Below are positions 41,860 through 57,394 of a stretch of DNA of 64,000 bases, piece by piece. Under the pieces are notes generated by a model. That model was not told the DNA's origin, did no database searches, and was given only the letters and a program-made list of their open reading frames with translations. Both the position numbers and the translations under genes were made by a program. Where the stretch lies: assembly GCA_964016885.1 (NCBI GenBank), contig OZ024742.1:194618001-194682000 (forward strand). Reading direction: 5' to 3'. Source of the stretch: Eledone cirrhosa (Eukaryota). Every line of letters begins with the position of its first letter. The first letter of the stretch is position 1.

Positions 41860-44800
41860 AACCAAATACTGCTGGAGTCGGAGGAAGAAGAAGAAGGAAA
41901 GGGACCAGAACCAACTGGACGAAAGAATTGAATAGAACTGTTATGCAATGTTGCCTGAAGAGTAACCCCAAGGAGAAAGGCTATAGGAAACGGATGCATA
42001 ACATTTGGAACGAGATTCGTCTATTTAAATTAGATGAAGAAAAATGGCCGGGCAGGCTCGGGTAATAAGAACTAAAGTGTGGATAAGCGAGCTGGAACTG
42101 GAGGAACTGGGCAGAGAGATTAGGTTGGAAATGGAAAGTGGAGTATGCCAGACAAACGAGCCAATGGGAAATAAAGGTGGAGAGGTTGTGAGAACGGAGG
42201 AACCATCCGAAGCAGACAATGATCTAAATGCTGAAATGAATAATACCTGGAACAAAGATACGGCCATTGAGGAGATGAATGCTGACGGACTAGGACAAGA
42301 TTTGGTCGGTATCCTAAACTTAGTGGTAGATGAACTGAACAATGACAGTGGGAAACCTATGAACCTAAGATTTGTAGACAGGAAAAAGTTAAAAGAAACA
42401 ACAGCTAAGGTAAACAAAGTCATCCCATACCTTGAGGCGAGGAGCCTTCACCAGTGCAACAGTATCCTCAAAGCAACAGCAAATGCGTTGAGGAAATTAC
42501 TTGTCATAAAAGCGAGAGGAAACAACAAACAAGAAAGATCAGAACCTTGGTGGAAGAAACGACTGAATAGTCAAATCAGGGAAATTAGAAATGACATTGG
42601 AAAGCTTGAGTCCCTACTGAATGGGACAATAAAAAACATAGACACTAAAAATAGACTGGAAATAAAGTACAAAACTAGGAGGAAAAAGCTAAATATTATC
42701 ATAGAGGAACTGAAGCAACGCATTGTAGCAAAGAGAGCAAAAATTAGGCGATACGAGAGCAGAGTCAGTCAGTATAGACAGAACCGCATGTTTGACAACA
42801 ACCAGAAGATGCTGTTTGGACAGCTTGAAGGAAAAGAAAGAGGCAACGAATTGATCCCTGAGGCGGAACAAACTAAGACATTCTGGAGAGGAATATGGGA
42901 GCAGGATGTTAAACAAAATGAGCAGGCAGTGTGGATTGAGCCAGTACAAAAGGAGATAAGTGAACAGGCACAGCAACAAACTGATTTGAGTATCACAGTT
43001 GAAACTCTTAAGGGGCAGGTCAAACAACTAACCAACTGGAAATCACCAGGCCCAGATGGTGTGCAGGGGTATTGGATTAAAAATGTAACATCCCTCCACG
43101 CGAAACTGACAACCATGTTCAATGACTGCTTGATGTAAGGTGAGGTACCAGAGTGGTTGACAAAAGGTACCACAGTTCTGGTAATGAAAGATCGAATCAA
43201 GGGTAATGATGTTACCAACTATAGACCTATCACATGTCTGTCCTTAATGTGGAAACTGTTGACTAGCATTGTGTCTGAGGAAATCTACCATCACCTCCAC
43301 ACAAACAACTTGTTACCGAACGAACAGAAAGGATGCCGAAAGAAGTCCTGTGGTACAAAGGACCAGTTACTTATTGATAAGATGGTAATGAGGAATTGCA
43401 AGAGGAGACACACTGGTCTTGCCATGGGATGGATAGACTACAAAAAGGCATTTGACATGGTGCCCCATTCTTGGATCACCAAAAGCCTAGAGATCCTCTA
43501 GGTGGCAGATAACATCAGACAGTTGTTGGGCAAAAGTATGAAGTCCTGGAAAACAGTTAACATCAGCTGGAGAATCCTTGGGAGGCGTGAAGATCAAGAG
43601 AGGTATCTTCAAGGGAGATAGTCTGTCCTCTCTGTTGTTTGTCCTTGCCCTGATGCCCCTGACCATTATACTGCTCAAAGGGAGAGCAGGATACAAGTTG
43701 GAAAAGGGACGATCTTTATGGACGATCTTCGGGAAGAGTGAGAAGGAGTTGGATGTGCTTGTTGACACTGTCCGTATTTTCAGCTATGATATATGTATGC
43801 AATTTGGTATCAGTAAGTGTGGAGTCCTTGTGATGAAGAGGGGTAAATTGAGCAGAAGCAACGGAATCCAGGTACCAACAGGTGAGATGATAAAGGAACT
43901 TGACACTGAAGAAGGATACAAGTATTTGGGTGTTCTGGAGTCTGATGACATCAAGAACAAAAGAATGAAGGAATTGATAAGATCTGAATACATTCGGAGA
44001 GTAAGGGGCGTATTAAAGTCACATCTGAACAGTAGGAATGCCATAAGTGCAGTAAATTCCCGAGCTGTGTCTATTATTAGGTACAGTGCGGGAATTCTGA
44101 GATGGAATGTTGCTGAAAAAAAAGAAATGGATAGGAAGACTAGGAAGCTATTGACTATCTACAACATGTTCCACAAGAGGAGTGATGTCGATAGACTCTG
44201 CTTAATGAGATCTGAAGTTGGAAGAGGTCTTATCAGCATAGAGGACTGTGTTCAGATGGAGAAAAACAACCTACACAAATACGTGACTGATAGTAGCGAG
44301 CCAATGCTCAAAATTATACTGAAGGAGAAAACAATAGACTAGGGGATGTCCAAGGAAGAAATAACAAGGAGGAAGACCAACCTTCATGAAAAATCCCTTC
44401 ATAGCACCTTCTTTAAGAAAACTGAATTTAGAGATCCACAGACATGGAACTGGTTAAAAAGAGGAGACCTTAAAAAGGCTACATAAGTAATGCTAATGGC
44501 TGCGCAAGAGTAGGCCTTCAGAACGAAGTGGGTGAAACACCATATTTACAAGGAGGAGGCTAGCCCACTGTGCAGGATCTGTGGAGAGAGAGGGGACTGT
44601 GGGTCACATTGTATCCGAGTGTAAACACCTAGCCCAGACTCACTATAAAGGCTAGAGACATGATGTGATGGGCAGGGTGATCCACTGGCACCTATGCAAA
44701 GTAAACAATTTACCGCATTCTGAGAAGTGGTATGAGCATAAGCCAGAGTCGGTGATAGAAAACGATCAGGTGAAGGTGCTGTGGGATTTTAGGATACAGA

Positions 44801-44968
44801 CGGACAAGAAGTTAGAACACAATAGGCTTGACCTCGTGATTCTGGACAAGGAAAAATGATTGTGCATGATTTTAGATGTAGCCTGCCCATTTGACACGAG
44901 AGTGCACGAAAAGGAGAGGGACTTAAAGAGGGAGGTAAAAAGGATATGGAACTGCCGTGAAGTCAATG
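41860..44968 (+). mobile_element. R4/Dong-clade LINE A (RT + CCHC + REL endonuclease), decayed
   Basis: [64 protein letters not shown]...LWDFRIQTD...NRLDLV; begins after (AAT)n. Confidence 0.92.
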
Positions 44969-47900
44969 TCGACCCGCTCCCATATCCGGAATACTCCTGC
45001 TGTTGGCCCTCCATGCTCACCACCAAGAAATCCAAAATAAAAGAGAGAAAAATGGTCAAAGGAAGACAATAAAAAGTTCTTGAGGCTTTCTACACTGTCA
45101 TGTACTACCCATCAAATAGATCGAATACAGAACAGACATATATCAACTGGAAAAAGAAACATCCCCAAAACAGAGGCTATATTGACAGTAACAAACTAGC
45201 CAATATACCAAGAAATATTGTTAAAAAAAAGTTACTAACTGATATAGAAATTTATCAGATCAAGCAATTAGCACAAAGTCAGCAAAGGGAAAATGAAATA
45301 TGTGTCAGTGAAAATGAGGTAAATGGTAACACTTCTAATCCCAGGGTTGGGGCGGAATCACTGACAGCAGCACAAATTAAAGAGAGGGTCGAATGGAGGG
45401 AGTGCATGCTCAAGATGAAACTGAAAATGAAAACAATGAGACCGTAAATGATAAAGAAATGAATGAGAATAAACTTGCCAACATGAAGGATGAAATTATG
45501 ATCGAATGGATGAAAATGAAAGAATCTGTAATGGGGGAACGAGACACTCTCCCTAAGATCCAGAACTCCAAACAGAACCAAAAGATAATACACAAGACTA
45601 ACGTAATACTCAAAACATTATCATCACAAACAAACTAAACATTACTGATCTAAATCATCTCTATTATGCATCGGCTGAAGTCACCACTCTCTTATGTGGA
45701 GTGAAAATGAAAAAAAAACAAAGGAATTCCCACAAGAAACCTACTTGGCAAGAGAACATCAATCGCCAAATAAACCTTCTCCGATCTGACATAGAAATGT
45801 TAACAAACTACAGAGTAGGTGAACATGTTAAACAAACTAAACTTAGAAAATTGAAAAGAAAATACAGTATAAAATCAACAAGTGACATAGAAATGATCTG
45901 CTGATAGAAATGATCAATCAAAAGGTGTCGGCCAAAGCTGCTCGTATAAGGCGCTTTGAAAAACGACCTAGATTCTATAAGGACAATAATATCTTCAAAA
46001 TCAACCAAAGAAATTCTACAGAAAAATTGGCAAGTCAACAATAACAGCTAAATTAATACGACCCTAGGAGGAAGTGCAAGAATCCTGGGAAAAGATTTGG
46101 GCCGAAGAAAGAGTTCATAATATACATGCACCATGGATAGACAGACAAATGAAAGAAACAGCTCACCTTGAGGAACAAACATGGGAAAATATAACAGTTG
46201 AACAGTTGCGTTTGGCTCTTAGAGAAACCAGCAAATGGAAATCCCCAGGAAAAGACAAAATACAAAATTTTTGGATAAATGCTTTCACAGAGCCCAACTT
46301 TACAATGAAATAGTTAGGGAGCCAGAAAAGCTACCATCATGGCTAGATAATGACATTGCATTCCTACTTCCGAAGAATGATGAGACAAACAATCCCCAAA
46401 ATTACAGACCGATAACATGCTTGACCACAATGTATAAAATGTTAACATCAGTCCTAACTGAATATACATATGACCATCTGATAACAATGATCTATTTCCC
46501 AATGAGCAGAAGGGGTGTAAACGAGGCTCATATGGCTGTAAAGATCAGCTTTTGGTCAACAAAATGATACTGAAAGATTGTCATAATAGACAAAAAATTC
46601 TATCAATTGCTTGGATAGATTATAAAAACCATTCGATAGTTTGCCACACAGTTGGATTGAAAAATGTTTAGAGATTTTCAAAATATCTCCCGTTGTCAGG
46701 AGGTTCCTATCATTCAGTATGAAGACATGGAAAATGACACTCCTTTTGAATAATGAAGAAAAATCACTGGAAGCTGGAGAAGTTAATATTAATTGTGGAA
46801 TGTTTCAGAGTGATACTTTATCACCGCTTTTATTCTGCTTCGCACTTATACCATTAAGTAAAATACTCAATGAAACAAAACATGGATATAAAGTCTATGA
46901 CAAAATCATTAATCGCTTGTTCTACATGGATGACCAGAAACTGTTTGCAAAAAATGATGAACAACTGCAAGGGCTATTATAAAATGTGATGCAGTTCAGT
47001 GATGAGATTAAAATGGTGTTAGGACTAGATAAATGCGCCAAAGCAACGTTCACCAGAGGAAAGCTGCTGAAAAGTTCAGCCACTAATCTTGATCGGGGGG
47101 AATGTGATAAGAGAACTTGATCAAGAGGAAACTTACAAATATCTAGGTGTTTGTGAAGGAGACGGAATCAAGCACTCGACAAGGATGGAAAGGATAAGGA
47201 AGGAATGGTACCACAGAGTAAGAGCAATCTTAAGAACGGAATTGAATGCAAGGAATCGGATCGATGCCATAAACACGCTTGCCATACCAGTAGTAGCCTA
47301 CAGTTACAATGTCATCAACTGGTCAAGCACAGAGATCCGTAGGCTCGATACAAAAATTAGAAAATTCTTAACCATGCACAGAATGCATTACTCTAAGCCA
47401 GATACAGATAGAATATATCTCCCTAGGAAAGAAGGAGGACGTGGGTTAATCCAGTTAGATATTGCGTTGAAAACTGCAACAATTAGATTATCTACATATC
47501 TCAGGGAATCACATGATTGGATGATCAAACTCGTTTTGAAACAGGAAAGCATCAAAAGATCATATTCCATTACAAAAGATACACAAAGATACAGTAATGA
47601 ACTACAAATTTCAGAAGTTCCATTTACTGCTGAAATGAAAAACACAGAAAGAGCAAAGCAGGTAAAAGTAACTGCAAAGAAAGAACTGCTACAGAAACTG
47701 GCTAAGAAATGGCAAGAAAAGCCTCTGTATGGAAAATACCCAGAAAGAGCTAACAATCCTGATGTTAACAAAAATTTAACCCATCAGTGGTTGGCATCCT
47801 CTGGACTGAAATCGGAGACTGAAGGACTAATTATATCAGCACAAGATCAGTGTCTGCCAAACAAAAATTACCAAGCCAACATAATAAAAATTGGATGCAA

Positions 47901-48625
47901 CTCATTATGCCGTGTATGTAAAAAAACAACCAGAGACCATTGATCATATAATTTCAATGTTCAGTCCTATAGCTCCAACCGAATACCTAAACAGCATGAC
48001 AGAGCTGCACAATACATACATTGGATAATGTGTAAGCATTTTGACCTGCCCCATGAAAAGAATTGGTGGGAGCATCAACCACCTCCCATACTTGAAAAGG
48101 ATCACATCTCAATCTTGGGGAACTTTAGCATCCAAACAGACCGAAAAATAGATGCAAATAGACCTGATATAATACTGAAGGGCGTTAAATAGACGATATG
48201 CCTGCTAATTGATATGTCCGTTCCAATAGACAAGAATGTATCTATAAAAACATTTTAAAAATTGAGCAAGTATAAGGACCTGGAGATAGAAATTGGAAAA
48301 ATGTGGAAATTGAGAACTAAAAGAATAGCTGTGGTTGTAGGCGCTCTAGGAATGATACCTAAGGGGCCTAATGATTGCATATCGCAAATCCCAGGAAACC
48401 CGCGTATAGTAGAAATACAAAAGATAATACTAAAGGGAACTGCCCATATACTAAGGAAGATTCTGTCAATATAAATACATCACAAATCTAAACATCTAAA
48501 GATGCATGTGTGTGTATGTATGTTCTTTCTTGAACATGGCGGACCTTGTTGTCTCTTGAGGTCACTGGTTGTGACTTGGTGATAACTCGTATGAACATAA
48601 AGCAAGATAAATGCAATTGTAAAAA
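44969..48625 (+). mobile_element. R4/Dong-clade LINE B, near full-length, decayed, (TAA)n tail
   Basis: PTWQENI, KWKSPGKDKI, YRPITCL, LFYMDDQKL, YKYLG, LKSETEGLIISAQDQ, CRVC, KYKDLEIEI...VVGALG. Confidence 0.92.
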
Positions 48626-48644
48626 TAATAATAATAATAATAAT

Positions 48645-49580
48645 AACCTGCACAAATATGTGAGTGGCAGTAGGGAGACAATGCTCAAAATTATACTGAA
48701 GGAGAAGACAATAGAGCAGAGGATGGCTAAGTAGGAAATAACAACAAGGAGGAAGACCAACCTTCATGAAAAATCCCTTCATAGCACCTTCTTTAAGAAA
48801 ACGGAATTTAGAGATCCACAGACATGTAACTGGTTAAAAAGAGGAGACCTTAAAAAAGCTACAGTAGGCGTGCTAATGGCTGCGCAAGATCAAGCGCTCA
48901 GAACGAAGTGGGTGAAACACCATATTGACAAGGAGGAGGCTAGCTCACTGTGTAGGATCTGTGGAGAGATAGAGGAGACTATGGTTCACATTGTATCCGA
49001 ATGAAAACACCTAGCCCAGACTCAATATAAAGGCTGGTGACATGATGTGAGAGGCAGGGTGATCCACTGGCATCTATGCAAAGTAAACAATTACCACATT
49101 CTGAGAAGTGGTATAAGCATAAGCCAGAGTCGGTGATAAAAAACGATCAGCTGAAGGTGCTATGGGATTTTAGGATACAGACGGACAAAAAGCACAAAGG
49201 CCTGACTTGGACAAGGAAAACAGATCGTGCATGATTGTAGATGTAGCCTGCCCATTTGACACGGTAGTGTAAGAGAAAGAGAGGGAGAAAATTAACCGAT
49301 ACAAGGATTTAAAGCGGGAGTTAACAAGAATTTGGAACTGCCATGAAATCAAGGTCGTCCGATTGTCATAGGCGCACTAGGTACTATCTCAAAGAGTTTC
49401 CAAGGATGGTTAAAGATGATTAGTCCAGCCCCGCTTTTTGGAACACCTCAAAAGGCATGCTTGCTGGGAACAGCAACAAGCCTCCGATACGTCCTGAATG
49501 TCTGAGGCTGCAGGTAGCGGCTTGATATTCATTTCAACAAACTTTCCAGTTAAATAAAATCAATGACTGAGACTCAAAGA
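48645..49580 (+). mobile_element. 3' fragment of Dong family A with complete 3' end
   Basis: Matches 44268-44965 and 40000-40347; (TAA)n both sides. Confidence 0.85.
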
Positions 49581-49582
49581 AC

Positions 49583-49631
<49 letters not shown>

Positions 49632-49727
49632 GTAATAATAATAATAACAGGTGAAGGTGCTATGGGATTTTAGGATACAGACGAACAAAGAACAATAACA
49701 ACAATCACAATTATTATTATTACTATT

Positions 49728-49890
49728 AGGTTGGTGGGTTGATAGTATCGGTAGAGCGACAGACACCAGGCTTTGCAGCATAGATGTATGGCCCTTTACG
49801 TTCTAAGTTCAAATCCCGCCGAGGTTAGATTTGCCTTTCATGCTTATGGGGTCGAGGGGTCGATAAAATAAAGTACCTGTAATACACTGG
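49728..49890 (+). mobile_element. tRNA-SINE (family of 3571)
   Basis: AGTATCGGTAGAGC, GTTCAAATCCCGCCGAGG, GGGGTCGATAAAATAAAGTACC. Confidence 0.75.
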
Positions 49891-50118
49891 CGTATATGCT
49901 GACCTAGTGCTAAAAGTAGAAATATTACTTTTTTGTCTTTTTTGTGTTTTTCCCCATCTTTCAGCATTGTTTCTGATATATGTCGAGTGTCTTCCTGACA
50001 CCTAGGGCAAGTAAATCCATTGTATACATTCGTAAGCCAGTTAACACGCCACATTGAATATAATTTACAGCTTATCATCCTTAGAGAGGGATATCATTCT
50101 TGCAGTGATAGTTCTCTA

Positions 50119-50165
<47 letters not shown>

Positions 50166-50239
50166 CCACACAAGGAGGAATATCATACTCACAGCGATAG
50201 TGCTCTTTTCAATAAGTGTGCAGTACCAGTCAAACAATA

Positions 50240-50505
50240 TTTTGCACCTCTTGCAGAGACGGTAAACCAGGAATAATTGGCAATTACTTTTCTGTTCCTT
50301 TCTTGATCATTCACAGTGCTCCCACAATCACTCATATTGTAACGGCCTTGAGGTCCCACGATTTCAATAAGCAGATCTTTATATTTTATCAGCTTGTCAA
50401 ATTCTTTCGTCGCAATATTGAGATCATAGGGTTTAGATCGATATCCAATGATGTCGAGCTCCTTGTTCACAATTTGCCTAGCAAATTCATTTGGAGCACA
50501 CGCGT
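50240..50505 (-). mobile_element. Decayed R4/Dong REL endonuclease fragment
   Basis: KEFDKLIKYKDLLIEI. Confidence 0.6.
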
Positions 50506-50540
50506 AGGATATACACACACATATATATATATCTGTGTGT

Positions 50541-50587
<47 letters not shown>

Positions 50588-53114
50588 TGTGTGTGAGTGT
50601 GCATGTATGAGTGTGTGTGTGGCATACCTACATGCATACACGCACACATAGATACATGCATGTATGCATACATACATACATGCATACATACATACATACA
50701 TACATACATACATACATACATACATACATACATACATACATACATGGTGGCTGCCAACTCGTTTTCGAGTACGGCCACTACTTTATATCCATGTAGGAGA
50801 ACCCCTACCGATGCGCTGAACGAGTGTGACTTTTTAGTCCAGCCAGCGACTTGAAAACTCTCGTACAAACACTACACTTGTGACAATTATTGACACATAG
50901 TGCTGGGCCCATGGTACCATGTGACGACAAGTGCAGAGAGATCTCCAGATATAAAGCAATGCCTGTGCCGTGAAGCTTTTATAGTGAGCAAAGGCACTGC
51001 ACAAAGCCAGTCCCACTCTCTTAACCAAGATGATATTTACCAAAAAGACGAACAAGTCAACATCATTGGATACCATCAGGGTTGCAGGTGTTATATCAGA
51101 GTTTTCCTTCTCCTAGAATACTGCCTTGACAAAGGCTAAGGGGTCATCTCTCCCATACATACATACATACATACATACATACATACATACATACATACAT
51201 ACATTATCAGAGTAATCAATGAAACTTTAAATGCACTGATAGAAATTCAAAATGGAAGGAAACGTGAAATTGTTTTTATCATGATATTGTTTAGTAACGA
51301 AAGTACCTAAGGCTTTACCGCTAATGAAACGTTTTTCTTCACGTAAAAATATCACTCAAAAGAGGTGTTAATTATGACTCTACTGAATATAGATTAGAAT
51401 AATATTTGAACATCAAGGGATACTAGAATGGACAAAAGCCAGCATGATACTGATTTGATTGATAGAGTCGGATATATATGTGTATATATAATATATATAT
51501 ATATATATACATACATATATGTATATATATATATTTATATACTGGATAACAGGTTATCTTTATAGGTAGTCCACTTACATTTAGTCCAGTTAGAGTACTC
51601 AGTGTTGTGGATGGTATTAACGTATGGCTTAGTTTGACTCAACAAGACGTTTTCAAAATGATGCTGCGAGTACGCGGTGATTTCTATTTAGTTTATACTT
51701 GGAGTAATAATAATTCAAGAAAGAGGAGTGACATGGTTGGCTATACAATAAGGGCTTTATTCACATTGCTGACAATTGTTTCTTTGTTCTGGTAGGTCTA
51801 GAGTTTGCTACATATCTTAAGGAACGATAAAATGCTACTCAACACAAAATAGAAATGTCAATTTTCTGCAGACATAGGATTGCTACTAAATTTACGAGAG
51901 TTAAACCACCGTGATTCGAACCAGCATCCCCTATGTTAATGGAATATCACTTAGTATTTAACGTATGAAATCTGCATTCTCACACAGCCCACTTCAGAAC
52001 CATAACCTTCTATAAACACCTTCTAGCCTCCCTACATCTATACCACTAGGATGGGGCAGTAACGCCTACAATTATCTTGTCAGCCCAAAAATTAATCCCA
52101 TCTTTTCAGTTGTTTATTCCTTCGGACCAAGCAATTATATCTACGTATCTCACATTAGCACTCATGATCTCTAACAGATGAACTTAATTCTAAGTACATT
52201 ATCTTATTACTCCTACACTCTTTGAAATCTTATTTTCTCCTTATTATTATTATTATGATCATCTCAATGTATCCCTAATTTTATTCATCATGTTCTCTCT
52301 ATTTACCATGCATATTTTATTATTCTATTACTTGTATTGTCTCTATTATTGTTGTTATTATTGTCTTATTTATACACTATTTGTTATTATTGTCTTATTT
52401 ATACACTATTTGTTATTAATGTTGTGAAAATTAAACCCCCATGATTTGAACTAACAATCCCAACATTTAGAATAGATCACCTAAATCCTTCACATACCGA
52501 ATCTACAAATTCACTTAATACCCCATAAAACCCATTTATCTCTATGCACCCACTCTATCATTCTCACTAAGTTGACACAACGAAAGTACTTATCTATCAA
52601 ACTATAAACCAATCTCCGGTTTATTGCTAGTGTACTTTTAGACCTACAGCACACGTATATACCTCATAATTACTCCTAAATCCTGACTCCAAGTACATTT
52701 TATCAGTTATTTCTTCACCACATTAATACTAAATCTAATGTACCATATAGCAGTTTTCCCATGTCAATTTTATACATCTGTATTATATCAGTCGTTTAAG
52801 ATGCTAGATTTATCATTATACTCTATTCCTACTTATATTGATGTTATTAGTCTAACTATTCAGTATCTAGTTATTTTATTATTGATATTATTGTTCTGGC
52901 TTAATACCACTCCTCTATAAAAGCCCTGCCTGGAGTATCTTCCACACTTTCGCACGCTCTGATGAAACGACTGGTTATAAACAAAGTATTGGAAATCGAT
53001 TGACGCAGCATCAAGCGAGTAACGAACTCTAAACCTACCAGATCAAAGAAACAATTGCCAGCAATGTGAATAAAGCCCTTATTGTATAGCTAACCATGTC
53101 ACTCCTCTTTCTTG

Positions 53115-53807
<693 letters not shown>

Positions 53808-54087
53808 GGAAGTTTATGTATAGTTATGCTTGTAAGTATATATATGATTTTAGTCTGCTCCAAGGACGAGGTTTGAAAGGAAAACTTACCTGTGGGGAAT
53901 GCGGACGTGTATGTATGGCTCGGTTACTAAGTGATCGCCGACGTCATACACACTGAAATATCATATTTGAGTATTCTATACACCTTCATTTTGCATGAGG
54001 CATCATCAACATAAGTGCGATACCAAATAGTAACGTTTTGAATGCGTCCCCTTGGAAGATAATTTTTTTAATTTCTAATTCTCCCAA

Positions 54088-54472
54088 CAGGGTTGGTGGA
54101 TTGGCAGTATCGGTAGAGCGTCGGACAACAAGATTCGTTACGGTCCTTTATGTTCTGAGTTCAAATTCCCTCATCCTTACAGGGTCGATAAAATAAAGTA
54201 CCAGTAATGCACTGGTGAATGTCTGGCCTTGTGCCAAAAGTAGAAACAATTATTATTATTTGAAGGGGGGTAAATTGGCAGTATCGGTAGAGGGTCGGAC
54301 GCCATGCGTTGCAACATATAGTTGCGGCCCTTTACGATCTGAGTTGAAATCCCACCGAGGTTAACTTTGCTTTTCATACTTACGGGGTCGATAACATTAA
54401 GAACTAGTCATGCACTGGGGTCAATTTAATCTGGGTAATTGCTGGCCTTGTGCCTAAAGTAGAAACAATTAT
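54088..54472 (+). mobile_element. Two tandem tRNA-SINE copies (family of 3571)
   Basis: TTGGCAGTATCGGTAGAG at ~54101 and ~54275, each ending AAGTAGAAACAATTATT. Confidence 0.82.
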
Positions 54473-54546
54473 TGTATACATATATGTATATATGTGCATA
54501 TATTTATATATATATATATATATATAAATATATATTATTGTATGCA

Positions 54547-54630
<84 letters not shown>

Positions 54631-57394
54631 TGAGTGTGTAATTATTGACTTATATATGTATATATGTATTTGTGTGTCTATCTGTTTATGTATGTACGTG
54701 TGTATGTGCGTGTGTACATGTTTCATTATGTGAACTGAAATGACAGCAAAAGTCATGAAATGTTAGGAAGTGTTTTAATAATTTCGACACAATGTCCTAC
54801 GTTTAGCCTGCATGAAATTTACCTTCGAATGTTCGACAACAACAATCAAATATCGATTTACAATGAAGGATAATCCTAGTTTAATGTGTTTATCAAATAA
54901 TATTAAAACCTATAACAATTTATATTTGTGTCAGTATATGTATTTCTTGTAAAATATTTACATTTTTAAAGAGTGTCGCATGAATGGTTTTAGCATTTAA
55001 ATATTCAATATATTTTTTTTTTACCAATAAACAATTTTTAATTTTTATTCTAGGTTTTGAAAGAACGTTACCTGGAAATTTTTCCATAATAATTTTCAAG
55101 GTAACATGTTTTTACAAAATGTGAAATAAAAAATAAAAATAAATAATTGGCAGAAAGAAAGTTGCTAAAATTTTATATGGTAAAGCCATTTATGTGCAAG
55201 CCTGTATCAGATCCATTTTGAAATGGTAATATATTCTAATAAGTCTTCAAGCTGGAACTATAGAGTTGTTATGCTTCAGGTATAATTTAGTTTGTATTTC
55301 TATTCCTTCTGTTACACGTTCTTGCTTTATAAATGAACATTTAATGTGTCAATATAATTGAATTATATACTGATTTACTCCGAATTAATGTCTGCTAATT
55401 ATGATAGTGAAGATGTGAGGCGTAATGTTTTGGATGTTGGTTTAATGAAAGTAAACTCATGATTTCGACTCTCGAATTCTGTACTTTATACGTCATTGAC
55501 CCAGGCCCTTAATTTCATGTTATTTCGTTTAACACGGCTGAAAATGAGATCCAGCATTAGCTGGTGCTAAACTGGCACCCTGAACTGACGAGAATTTTGT
55601 ATTTTTAGTTACTTATCTTCAATAAAACCAAGATAAGCTATGAACTCTTGATAACCCTCTGGGCATAGAACGACTTCTAACTTAATATGTTTACAGGTTA
55701 ATGCTATCTTACATTGACATAAATTCACATGATATTCATTGAAGTGGTGTTATCGAGGGAATCTTCCAGTATATTACTTATTATGAGGCGAAATAACAGA
55801 GTTAATAGAGCGCTGAACAAAATACAACGCGTTATGCGATCAGCCTCTCTGAGACCTTAGTTCAAATTCCACCGCTGTCAACTAATAAATTAAGTTCCAA
55901 TCCAGGATCATGTTTTGTTATAAATATAAATATCAGACGAGATGCCTTGTGATATCTGTTCTAGTATTCTGCGTTCTGATATCTTCAAAGGGAGTAGGTT
56001 TAAAACACGGCCCAGTTTAACACAACCTCATGATTCTTCAGTGCCCGAGCGATCATTATGTTGCAGTAATTGGAGTAAGGGCTACTGTTTAATGACAACG
56101 TATACATTTCATTTTCTCAGCGTCCCTGAACAGAAAAAGAGTCATGGATGCTGAAATCATTCTAATTAAGAAGCTTAAGAAGCTACAGCTAGAACAAACG
56201 TTGAAGAAAAAAATCTACACAATATTTTACATAGGCACAGGCAAGGCTGCGTGGTGCTGGGTTTTTATCATACTACTTAACTCCTCGGATAGGTTTCTTC
56301 TTCTATAGCCTTAAGTTGATCAATACCCTGTGAGTGAAATTCTATAAATGGAAAGAGTGAATAACTCCTTCATATAGATGTACGTGAGTGCGGGCGCGCG
56401 AGTCTGTATCACTGTTTGTGATTATTTTTTTTTGGGGGGGGGGGGGGCTCAGTAATGTAATGTTTCGACAAAACAAGAACAATGATATAAATAACATAAC
56501 CAGACTTGAATAAATATATACTTGGGGTCGATATGATTGATTAAAAAATTCTTTAAAACGTCGGGCTACATTATGTCCGGAGTCTAATGACAGAGTATAG
56601 TAACGGAATATAAGGATATAATCCAACATTCCTACATAATTTTAATTATTTACAAATATTTGATTTTTCCTATCATGTATGCGTAGGAATCTAGGATTCG
56701 ATATTTTCTTTTCTTTACATTTTTTTTATTCAAAACAAATTAAACATGTTTCCTTGTTTGGTTTCCAGGATGATTCCATTGGCGTCTCTCTATAGTAACA
56801 TTAAATCAACTGTGCTTATTTCATGATCTCGTAGAGTTTTATCATTACTTTACACTTTTTTTAATTTTTAACTTTATGATTTCATATTTTATATATTTCT
56901 ATATTTTTCAAATTTATAATTTTGTAATTTTGTAATGTTTAAAGTTTCATATTTTTCATATATTTTTTTAGTCTCAATAGCTTTTAGTATTATGGTATTT
57001 AGATCCATATTTTTTAAGTTTAAAAATCTTTTAAGTTTTATATATATATATTTTTTTGTTTTCGTTTTATAATATTTTAGGTTATCATCTTTTTAGTTTT
57101 AGAAATTATATAGTTTAATAAATTTGTTTAGTTTTATATTTCTTTTTTCGTTTAATAATCATCTAAATATATTAAGTATCGCACCTGAAGCTAAAGAAGA
57201 AATTTTATCTACAGCCTAAAAAAAATGAATCTTACCAAGTCCATGGGAATGATTATTCTGAGTTTCAATATCCTACCATACTTTTGAAAGCTGAATAAAA
57301 TATTAAATGTTACCTTGGATGTTATATATGCCGCATCTACAAAATATACTATATTGTCATAATTTGGCAAATAGGAATATCGAGAGATGTGTCG

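Noticed and set aside
42025-43218. Minus-strand ORFs over Dong A, and plus-strand ORFs over Tx1 and PLE regions (e.g. 6-443, 7367-8062)
   Set aside because: Antisense shadows of retroelement coding sequence
52950-53030. CGCT-CTGATGA...GAAA...AGCG hammerhead candidate
   Set aside because: Stem II and stem III/UH geometry could not be built convincingly by eye
57160-57340. Apparent 20-23-nt GT-AG mini-introns on the minus strand (FQKYGRILKLRII, RRM-like)
   Set aside because: Joined exons contain stops in all frames; likely chance in AT-rich DNA
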